Shown here in pieces: positions 10,226 to 18,077 of a stretch of DNA of 64,000 nucleotides; position 1 is the first letter of the stretch; each line of letters begins with the position of its first letter. The DNA is from a virus: the IMG/VR virus record IMGVR_UViG_3300042569_002054; one strand, given 5' to 3'. The notes under the pieces are model-generated. The model had not been told where the DNA came from, did not search any database, and saw only the letters and a program-made list of their open reading frames with translations. A program made the translations under genes and the position numbers.

Positions 10226-11280
10226 AATTTTTCTTTTAATATTTCAATAATTTTGTCTGATGTTTTACCATCTCCTAACCAATCTGTGTTTGAGTTATAA
10301 TTTGACAGATAATTAAATGACTCAATCCACGAAACATCTAATTCATTTACATTAATCATATATGAACATCCGGATTCAACCGATTCAGGTCTTTCAGTGA
10401 AATCTCTTGGGACAATAACTGGAGTATTAAATAAACAAGGTTCTTCTTGAGCTGTACCTGAATCTGAAATTATAAACTTAGAATGGTACATTTCATTTAT
10501 ATAATTTTTAAAAGATAATAAATCAATTACTTTAATATTTTCTAAATCTAAATTAAATTCGGATATTTTATCAATAGTTCTTTTAAATGATAACATTTCA
10601 ACAGGTATCCCAAATCTTTGGGAACAAATATTAGCATAGTTTAATATGTTTTTTAAACGTTCCTTACTATTAAAATTTTCAGGTCTATGAATATCTAAAA
10701 TTATTTTATTATTTTTTTTAGATTTATTTAATTCTATTTTATTTGCAACCTCTTTAATTGTATTTCCTACAACATAAATTGATTTTGGATTAATTGATTC
10801 TCTAATCAATTTTTCTTTGTAATTATCATGATAAACAAACAAAAGGTCGCTACAATGGTCACAAACAATTCTATTAATTTCTTCAAGCATTCTTTTATCA
10901 CCAGACCTCATACCTGCCTCAATGTGGGCGATTTTATACCCCTCTTTTTTAAGAGGTACCGATGCTAAAGCCGAATTTGAATCACCTAAAAAAATTATTA
11001 AATCAGGATTTATATTTTCATTACGAATTAAGTCAATAATTTTAACAGATAAATCAGCTTGTTGATGAAAATGTTCTTTTCCTTTTGAGCCGATTTCTAA
11101 ATTAAAATCAGGTTTACGTATTGATAACTCATCAAAAAATACATCGGATAACATTTTATCATAATGTTGTCCTGTATGTATTAATATATGATTAAAATTG
11201 TTATCTAATTTTTTAAAAATTTCAGACATTCTTATAAAATCGGGTCTAATACCGGTGATAGTTATAATTGTTTTTTTCAT
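10222..11280 (-). CDS. wecB: UDP-N-acetylglucosamine 2-epimerase (non-hydrolysing type)
   Basis: GIRPDFI, HTGQHYD, HIEAGMRS, EEINR, HRPEN, SDSGTAQEE, TERPE. Confidence 0.9.
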   Translation of the reverse strand: MKKTIITITGIRPDFIRMSEIFKKLDNNFNHILIHTGQHYDKMLSDVFFDELSIRKPDFNLEIGSKGKEHFHQQADLSVKIIDLIRNENINPDLIIFLGDSNSALASVPLKKEGYKIAHIEAGMRSGDKRMLEEINRIVCDHCSDLLFVYHDNYKEKLIRESINPKSIYVVGNTIKEVANKIELNKSKKNNKIILDIHRPENFNSKERLKNILNYANICSQRFGIPVEMLSFKRTIDKISEFNLDLENIKVIDLLSFKNYINEMYHSKFIISDSGTAQEEPCLFNTPVIVPRDFTERPESVESGCSYMINVNELDVSWIESFNYLSNYNSNTDWLGDGKTSDKIIEILKEKL

Positions 11281-12914
11281 TTGTTTAATAATTCTATATA
11301 TTTCTTTTTAATAAATTTTGAAACTTCAGAAGATTTAAATTTTTCTAAATCATCGGGTACATTATATAATTTTTTATTAATAATATTACCATAATTGTCT
11401 ACATTATAAATCCAACCTGATTTACCACACATCCAACCTTCAATGGTAGTTCTACCTAATAAAATACCTGCAGTTTCTGTACATTTGTGAATATATTTAT
11501 CAACTTCTAACGTTGGTGGGAAATGTTTAACATGTGAATTTTTTAATAAATTGGTTAAATATGTGTCTTTATTTTCACCGACTAACCAAAGTTCTTTATT
11601 TTCTTCTTTTGATAACGTTACTAAATCATATATTGTATTTTTCCTCAGGTAATCGATAGAACCAACAAACAAAATATAATTTTCAGACTTTAAATTTTTA
11701 TTATAAAATTTAGTTTCATCAATTGGATTGTAAGTTATGTCTACAATATCTTCCGAAATATTAAAATTAGTAATAATATGTTTTTTAATTTCAGGACGTA
11801 TTGCAATGTATTTTTTAATACTATTGTGAATTACAGGATTTTCAAGTTCAATTACTTCAGAATGAATTGTACAAATTTTATCAATCGTTGGATATAACAT
11901 ATTCATAATATCAACAATTGGTTTATGTTGACAATGAATGATATCAAAATGAGGGGTATCTACTTGATAAAATTTGTTTGGAACTGAAGGTTCAGGGCCT
12001 CTTTCAGTCATTGTTACCCATTTACCATCTCCCATTTTAAAACCTGGTGTATCTTTAATGTTTTTAACTTTAATACCTAATTTAGTTGCCATTAAAACCA
12101 AAGGCCCATTTGTTTCAGACGCAACCACAGTCACATCACAATTCTGTTTTACTAAATTTTTTGCCAATTCAAAAACATACATTTCAGAACCTGTAAATTT
12201 TTGGAAAAACAAACAACTAATTAAAACTTTTAATTTATTATTTTCGGTAAATTTTATTTTTTTAGGTAAGTATTCTGAGTATTTTTCAACAAAAAGTTTT
12301 CTATTATCTTCCCATTTTTGATTGGTCATACCTATTGATTTGTGAGTAATACGAATATTAGTTAACACACCAATTTTTACCCCTTCAATATTGTTTTTAA
12401 AACAAAAATTCACATCATACATGTGAAAACCATCAACGGTTTCATCAAACTTAGATTTAATTTTTTGTTTATTTAATGCTATAAAAACACCATCAACAAC
12501 CACAACTTCTCTTATATCATTACCTAATGAATCAGAATATTTTGATTCCCATTTTTTACCTTCAGATTCATGATTGACTATCCCAAACATTTTTGTACGG
12601 TCTTCCCACCACATTCCACTTTTAGGCATTTCAGTTGTGCCTGCCATACCTAAAATTCCAAAATCATCATTTCTTTCAAATTGTTTAACTAATTTTGAAG
12701 CCCAATTTGACGTGTCAAAATAAATATCGTCATGACATAATACAACAATATCAAAAATTGATTCTGAAATTATTTCATTATAAACTTCTGAAAGATTTTT
12801 TTCACCGTTATTAACTTTCTCAATAATTTGTACCTTTGGATGACCTGAAGATTTTTTTAGATACTCTTGAAATTGAGGATTAGAATTTCTTGTACTATAT
12901 CCAATTGTTATCAT
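11277..12914 (-). CDS. Two-domain glycosyltransferase (GT2-like/StrF-type N-terminus + GT4-like C-terminus)
   Basis: LCHDDI, VDGVF, FHMYDV in the N-half; GSEMYVFELA, GRTTIEGW in the C-half. Confidence 0.7.
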   Translation of the reverse strand: MITIGYSTRNSNPQFQEYLKKSSGHPKVQIIEKVNNGEKNLSEVYNEIISESIFDIVVLCHDDIYFDTSNWASKLVKQFERNDDFGILGMAGTTEMPKSGMWWEDRTKMFGIVNHESEGKKWESKYSDSLGNDIREVVVVDGVFIALNKQKIKSKFDETVDGFHMYDVNFCFKNNIEGVKIGVLTNIRITHKSIGMTNQKWEDNRKLFVEKYSEYLPKKIKFTENNKLKVLISCLFFQKFTGSEMYVFELAKNLVKQNCDVTVVASETNGPLVLMATKLGIKVKNIKDTPGFKMGDGKWVTMTERGPEPSVPNKFYQVDTPHFDIIHCQHKPIVDIMNMLYPTIDKICTIHSEVIELENPVIHNSIKKYIAIRPEIKKHIITNFNISEDIVDITYNPIDETKFYNKNLKSENYILFVGSIDYLRKNTIYDLVTLSKEENKELWLVGENKDTYLTNLLKNSHVKHFPPTLEVDKYIHKCTETAGILLGRTTIEGWMCGKSGWIYNVDNYGNIINKKLYNVPDDLEKFKSSEVSKFIKKKYIELLNK

Positions 12915-13495
12915 ATTCCTGTACTCCCAAAACCTTTACTACCTCTATCTTTATTTTCTATTTTATCTACTTTTTTTAAATTAACCCATCTACCAGTAAT
13001 ACATCTTGCAACTACCGCTTGAGCGACTTTCATACCTTTTGTTATTACAAATTCATGGTTGTTTGTATTAAAAATAATGACTTTAATTTCACCAGTATAA
13101 CCTTCATCTACAGTTCCTGGGGAGTTTAAAACCATTAACCCTTGATTGATTGCTAAACCACTTTTTGACCTAACTTGTATCTCAAAGTCTTGGGGTAAAT
13201 CAACTGAAATACCTGTCGGAACTAAAGCTCTACCAAACGCAGGTATTTTAACTTCTTCATTGGCATATAAATCAAACCCACTATCTGATTCGTATGCGTA
13301 ATTTAATTCTTTTTCATTTGTTGAAACAAAATTTATTGTAATTTTCCCATCTCCAATAAATTGATTTGCATCCTCAAATTCATTAATATCAAACCCTAAT
13401 TCATCATTTAATTCTTGTTCTTGTAATTGGCTAAAGTCATCAACCAATTTTTTTAATTCTTCTAATTCTCTTGCAAAATCAAATTTTTCACTCAT
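12911..13495 (-). CDS. dut: Trimeric dUTPase with acidic N-terminal extension
   Basis: SGFDL, RSKSGLA, GTVDEGYTGEI, AQAV, RGSKGFGSTG (motifs I-V). Confidence 0.95.
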   Translation of the reverse strand: MSEKFDFARELEELKKLVDDFSQLQEQELNDELGFDINEFEDANQFIGDGKITINFVSTNEKELNYAYESDSGFDLYANEEVKIPAFGRALVPTGISVDLPQDFEIQVRSKSGLAINQGLMVLNSPGTVDEGYTGEIKVIIFNTNNHEFVITKGMKVAQAVVARCITGRWVNLKKVDKIENKDRGSKGFGSTGI

Positions 13496-14190
13496 AAGTT
13501 TGTTAATTTTATTAAAACTTTTATTAATACCTCAACATCTTTTTCACAATATTCTTGAATTTCTTGGTATTTGTTTTCATTCCAAAATGCGTTATGAACT
13601 TTATTTCCTGTTACTTCCATATTTTTAGAAGTTCCAATACCAAGTGAAACACACATTAATTCTAATGAACTTATCGCTCCAAATTGTCCATATTGCCAAA
13701 TTTCTTTTGTATCAATTGCTTTAATCTCCCACGGTTTAGTGTCATAAGATGGAAGTATTGATGATGGTAAAATACCATTAACTAACATTCTTTTTGCCAA
13801 TACAGGGATATCAAAGTTTTTAAGATTATGTCCACAAAGGATAAAACCTAACTTATCAACTCGATTTAATAATGTGTTAACATCTGTAAGTAACGCTTTT
13901 TCATCTGAGTTAAAAAAACTTTGTTTTTTAATATCACCTTTAGGGTCAAGAAATCCTACTGAAACACAAACAATCTTTGAAAACTCAGGAACTAAAGCCG
14001 CTCGATTAACAAAGATTTCGTCAATACTTTTTTCAGCGTCTTCAGGAAACCTTTTTTGAAACCAATCTAAGTAATTAACAAACTGGAAATGAAGTTCAGG
14101 ATAATCCTTTTTAAAATTTTCATAATTACTTGAAACCCCTACAGTTTCAATGTCAATAAATAAGATTTTGTGTAATGGGTGCTTTATCAT
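13492..14190 (-). CDS. Stand-alone DEDD 3'-5' exonuclease (PolB-exo-like)
   Basis: FIDIET, GHNLKNFDIP, YCEKDV. Confidence 0.85.
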   Translation of the reverse strand: MIKHPLHKILFIDIETVGVSSNYENFKKDYPELHFQFVNYLDWFQKRFPEDAEKSIDEIFVNRAALVPEFSKIVCVSVGFLDPKGDIKKQSFFNSDEKALLTDVNTLLNRVDKLGFILCGHNLKNFDIPVLAKRMLVNGILPSSILPSYDTKPWEIKAIDTKEIWQYGQFGAISSLELMCVSLGIGTSKNMEVTGNKVHNAFWNENKYQEIQEYCEKDVEVLIKVLIKLTNL

Positions 14191-15401
14191 ACGATTGATT
14201 TATAAAATTCTGCTCTTGTTTTTGTTACCACATCTAAACTATAGTGTTTAGATACATATTCATATAGTCTTTCACCCATATCAATTCTCATGTTTGGGTT
14301 CTGAACTAATTTCTTAATGTATTTTGCCCAATCACTATGATTTCTTACGTCATCAACTAAAAGAGCGTTTCCATCTGTAAACTCACCATTCTTTAATGAA
14401 TGTTTTAAATCAATAGTATAAGGCCCATAGTTAGTCGCAATTAACGCTTTCTTATAAAAACCTGCCTCAATAACTTTAAGTTGTGATTTTACTTTGTTAA
14501 ACATATGTTGTTTAATCGGTGCCAAAGATATATCAAATTTAGAGTAATTACGAGCGTAAGATGTTACAGGTTTTGTCCAAACTCTTCTATATGGTTGGTT
14601 TTGTTCATTTTCATAAGGTGTCTGAACAAATAACTCCAAGTGTTTTTTATACTCAGGTGTAACTATTGAATAGTTATTTGTAAAAATCTTTTCGTAATCA
14701 TACCATACGGTTTCGTGTGGTTTAATTGGTCTTCTTGTTTGTTCACCTGTTGCCTGATTAATCTCAGTCATCATACCACGTGTATCAAAACCACAAACAA
14801 CAAACTGTAAATTTTTCTGAATATCAGAAAGTTTAGATACCATACCATCAAGTAACATCAAATCGTGTAAATGTGATGAACCACCTAACCACCCAACTCT
14901 TACCAAGTCAGATTCTTCAGTCGGCTCATTAAATTGAGCCTCTTTATGGTCAATCGCATTAGGGAAAATTACAACATTTTTATTATGTTTTTTTATTTCA
15001 TCCGCAAATAACTCAGTAGTAGTTGTTACATATTTAGCAACTTTTAAATTTGCAACAATTTTTTCGTGTATTTTTTCTTGAACAATCAACTGATGAAGAG
15101 GATGTTCTTTTCCTGGTAACCAGTAATCATCTAAATCACATACAGTAATAATACCCATTGAATTTAAAATTGGTACTATTTGTACAGACTTATCCATATC
15201 TTGACCAAGAGAACGATGATAATGAATTATTTGGTAATCTTTAAAATAATTTATATTAGTTAAATCAGGATTAAATTCAATGTCGACATGAAAATCCTCC
15301 CCATATTTTGATTGTAAGTGAGTGTGTGGTGTGATTGACCTAAATCTCCCAACTCCAGTAGTGTCAGAAGGTATAACTAAAACTTTAATTTTTTCTTTCA
15401 T
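14187..15401 (-). CDS. GT4-like glycosyltransferase (probable start MKEKIKV at 15401 rather than 15437)
   Basis: DLDD, GWLGGSSH..D, DISLAP, FNKVKSQLKVIEAG. Confidence 0.75.
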   Translation of the reverse strand: MKEKIKVLVIPSDTTGVGRFRSITPHTHLQSKYGEDFHVDIEFNPDLTNINYFKDYQIIHYHRSLGQDMDKSVQIVPILNSMGIITVCDLDDYWLPGKEHPLHQLIVQEKIHEKIVANLKVAKYVTTTTELFADEIKKHNKNVVIFPNAIDHKEAQFNEPTEESDLVRVGWLGGSSHLHDLMLLDGMVSKLSDIQKNLQFVVCGFDTRGMMTEINQATGEQTRRPIKPHETVWYDYEKIFTNNYSIVTPEYKKHLELFVQTPYENEQNQPYRRVWTKPVTSYARNYSKFDISLAPIKQHMFNKVKSQLKVIEAGFYKKALIATNYGPYTIDLKHSLKNGEFTDGNALLVDDVRNHSDWAKYIKKLVQNPNMRIDMGERLYEYVSKHYSLDVVTKTRAEFYKSIV

Positions 15402-15408
15402 AATGAAA

Positions 15409-15437
15409 AAGATAAATGAAAGAATGTTATAATTCAA
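15409..15437 (-). promoter_or_regulatory. Sigma70-like promoter TTGAAT-N17-TATCTT heading the glycan/exonuclease/dUTPase operon
   Basis: Hexamers at 15437-15432 and 15414-15409, exact 17-nt spacer, 7 nt before the ATG. Confidence 0.5.
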
Positions 15438-15444
15438 CTATAAC

Positions 15445-15470
15445 AAAAAAAAAGTCCCCACAAGGAGGAC
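15445..15470 (-). terminator. Rho-independent terminator
   Basis: GTCCTC-CTTGT-GGGGAC followed by T9 on the minus strand. Confidence 0.75.
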
Positions 15471-15492
15471 TGAATTTTTAATGTTTATAATT

Positions 15493-16068
15493 TTATTGAA
15501 CTTTTTTAACTTTTGAAATTTTACCTTCAAAGATATGTTTACCAACTTTAATTGTCATTAATTCATTAGATTTTTGAGTTGACTCAACCATTAATCCATT
15601 CTCACTTAATACTTCTTCAACAGTTTCCCTAACAATTTTCTTTATATCTGATGCGGATAAATTAAATGATGTATTTTGTTGTCTTGGTTGTTGTTGAGTT
15701 GACTCTGAAACAGGTTGTTTATTTCCCATTAACCTTGCCGCCTTTTCAATAATATCATCTGAGATTGTTGCCTGATATTGTTGTGGTTGGTCTATTGGGT
15801 GTTCCATCATTAATCTTTTGATTGCGTCAGGTAGTTTAGAATTTTTTATTCTATCTTCTGTCATAACTTTTGGTGCGACTGACTTTGGTTGTTCTTTTTG
15901 TAAAAATTCTTGTGGTATATTATATGTTGCAGGTATAGGTGATTCATCATATTCTCTAACTAATTGTTGAGTTGTTGATGACCTTTTAGATGGATTCCCT
16001 TTGTCCATTTCGTCGTGTCTATTCATAATTTCTTTAGACAACATTAGTTTTTGCATTAAATCATTCAT
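15493..16068 (-). CDS. Hypothetical protein
   Basis: 191-aa ORF in a tightly packed operon; Gln/Pro-rich linker. Confidence 0.7.
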   Translation of the reverse strand: MNDLMQKLMLSKEIMNRHDEMDKGNPSKRSSTTQQLVREYDESPIPATYNIPQEFLQKEQPKSVAPKVMTEDRIKNSKLPDAIKRLMMEHPIDQPQQYQATISDDIIEKAARLMGNKQPVSESTQQQPRQQNTSFNLSASDIKKIVRETVEEVLSENGLMVESTQKSNELMTIKVGKHIFEGKISKVKKVQ

Positions 16069-16453
16069 TTTCTAATTCAAATTTTGTACATACTTTTAAT
16101 CCGACCATTCCTTTATCTTCAGGATTATAACTTGGTCTTATTATATCAAATTTTTCACGTGGGTCATACGAGAAGCTTCCAATCCTATCAACCCTAAATA
16201 ATCTCCAACCTGGTAATGGTTGGTCACCTATGGTTGCGGTGTGTGACGCCCCTTCTCTCTCCCACGCTCTTATTACTTTGTTACCTCTTTTTGATGTTCC
16301 GTAACAAAAAGGTTCAATAACACGAAGTCCTTTACCTCCATTATCTTCCCCGTCATAGTAAATTGTTGCAACATGCCTATTCTTAATTGCATTAGTAATT
16401 TCTTCACTACTTGCTTCAAAAATAAGTTGTTTTATGACGTTGTAAAGCTTCAT
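16061..16453 (-). CDS. Stand-alone WYL-domain-like protein
   Basis: IYY...RVIEPFCYG...IRAW...WRLFRVDRI pattern. Confidence 0.65.
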   Translation of the reverse strand: MKLYNVIKQLIFEASSEEITNAIKNRHVATIYYDGEDNGGKGLRVIEPFCYGTSKRGNKVIRAWEREGASHTATIGDQPLPGWRLFRVDRIGSFSYDPREKFDIIRPSYNPEDKGMVGLKVCTKFELENE

Positions 16454-16743
16454 TCTGTCGAAGGTGAGTTATAAGGTTTTTTTGAACTATATTTGTTTAG
16501 TTTGATGTTATCAACTTTAGTAACTTGGTCAGTTGATGTACCTCCATTAAATATGTCTAAGAATACTCCTGTTCCTCTTCCTTTACCATCTCCATCAGAG
16601 ATTGCGTCAGGATTAGTTACCCCATATTCATTTGCGTTTGATTTGTAATCATTTCTTGTAACCAAATCTTTTCTAACTTTTTCAGCAATTGCACTTAAAG
16701 CGTTATCTGGTTGGTTTAAATCTATTGGGACTTTTGATGCCAT
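16450..16743 (-). CDS. Hypothetical protein
   Basis: 97-aa ORF with overlapping start/stop to its neighbour. Confidence 0.65.
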   Translation of the reverse strand: MASKVPIDLNQPDNALSAIAEKVRKDLVTRNDYKSNANEYGVTNPDAISDGDGKGRGTGVFLDIFNGGTSTDQVTKVDNIKLNKYSSKKPYNSPSTE

Positions 16744-16747
16744 AATT

Positions 16748-17164
16748 TTATAATTTTTTCATTATTTCGTTTATTCTTTTAAGGTTATCTACAACTTCTT
16801 TATTATAGTTCTCGTAAATAGAGTGATGACTTTTAGACGGTCTATTTAAATCTCTAACATTATCTTTTCTATGTGTTGATAAATATTGGTTTTGCATTCC
16901 CGAATCAGAGGCATCTCTCTTTTGTCTATCAATACTCCCTCTATCGGAACCTAAATTTTGTGTTATAAATGATTTTAAAGTACTTAAATTTTTATCACCA
17001 AATTTACCATTATCAATATCATGAAGTATTTTTTTCATATTTTGATATGTTAGATAACCATTTGTAAAAATATTATGTATAGTTTTTTCGTCTTTAAAAT
17101 TTTCTAAAGACGTTAATACGTTGTGTGGAACTTCGTATTGATTTCCATACATTTCACTATTCAT
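16748..17164 (-). CDS. Hypothetical protein
   Basis: 138-aa ORF, ATGA overlap with the upstream gene. Confidence 0.65.
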   Translation of the reverse strand: MNSEMYGNQYEVPHNVLTSLENFKDEKTIHNIFTNGYLTYQNMKKILHDIDNGKFGDKNLSTLKSFITQNLGSDRGSIDRQKRDASDSGMQNQYLSTHRKDNVRDLNRPSKSHHSIYENYNKEVVDNLKRINEIMKKL

Positions 17165-18030
17165 TTCTTCAATATTTTAACCAAGTCATTTATTTCAATA
17201 CCTTCTTTGTCTGCTAATTTTTTAATATTTTCTAAATTTTTTGTAAGAACTTTACTTAAACCATTTTTTTTAGCCATTTCCTTATCACCTGATTTTTTCT
17301 TAAGAACAATATCCTCAACCATTTTTTTCATCATAGCTTTCTTTTCTTCTTCCAAATTTTCTTTTTCAGAAATGGTCATTCTATCAATAAAACCTTTTTG
17401 TTTTTTAATTTTTTTGGGAACTCTTTCTAATTTTTTTCTATGTTTTTTAGCATCAGGTTCTTTACCTTGTTGTCTTGTTCTTTCAGCCGCCTCATCTTTA
17501 TCTAAACCTAATTCTTTAACAAATGTTTTAAATGTCTCAGGGCCGTTTTTGTCTTTTGTTTCTTCATAACCAAATGCGTCAGAAAAATCAGTTTCATTAA
17601 TTACCTCGTCAGTTTCTTCCTCACCTTCACCCCAATAAACACGATATCCACGAGTAATAGGATTGTTTGTTTGTCTTGTTGCAACAACCTCTTGGTCCAT
17701 TGTACTTTTTGGTGAAAGATATGGGTTATAAATTGGAATTTTTGAACTCAAAAAAGACCCATCATAATCAACTAATTCTTCTAACTCATCTTTTTTCTTA
17801 TTTAAAGTTTTTTTAACGTCAGAATTATTTTTTAATTTTTTTTCTTTTTGAATTTTTGAAATTGTTTTTTCAATTTCTTTTTTATCTTTTTTCTTAAATT
17901 TTACAACCTCATCTTTTTTTCTAGCTTCAGTTAAAGTATTGCTGACACTAAAATAAACGGAAATAGTATCTTTACCCTCTTTAATATAGAAGTAATAAGG
18001 TGATGAAAAATATTCTTTATTAAATTCCAT
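17161..18030 (-). CDS. Hypothetical Lys/Glu-rich protein
   Basis: 289-aa ORF preceded by a TATTTATA motif. Confidence 0.7.
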   Translation of the reverse strand: MEFNKEYFSSPYYFYIKEGKDTISVYFSVSNTLTEARKKDEVVKFKKKDKKEIEKTISKIQKEKKLKNNSDVKKTLNKKKDELEELVDYDGSFLSSKIPIYNPYLSPKSTMDQEVVATRQTNNPITRGYRVYWGEGEEETDEVINETDFSDAFGYEETKDKNGPETFKTFVKELGLDKDEAAERTRQQGKEPDAKKHRKKLERVPKKIKKQKGFIDRMTISEKENLEEEKKAMMKKMVEDIVLKKKSGDKEMAKKNGLSKVLTKNLENIKKLADKEGIEINDLVKILKK

Positions 18031-18077
18031 TTGGCTTTTTACATATAAATACTTTGATTTAACTATTTATCAATAGA

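Noticed and set aside
1-15401. DNA hypermodification as the purpose of the glycosyltransferases
   Set aside because: No hydroxymethylase or thymidylate-synthase-like, JBP/TET or kinase partner is visible in this window; not excluded genome-wide, so only demoted
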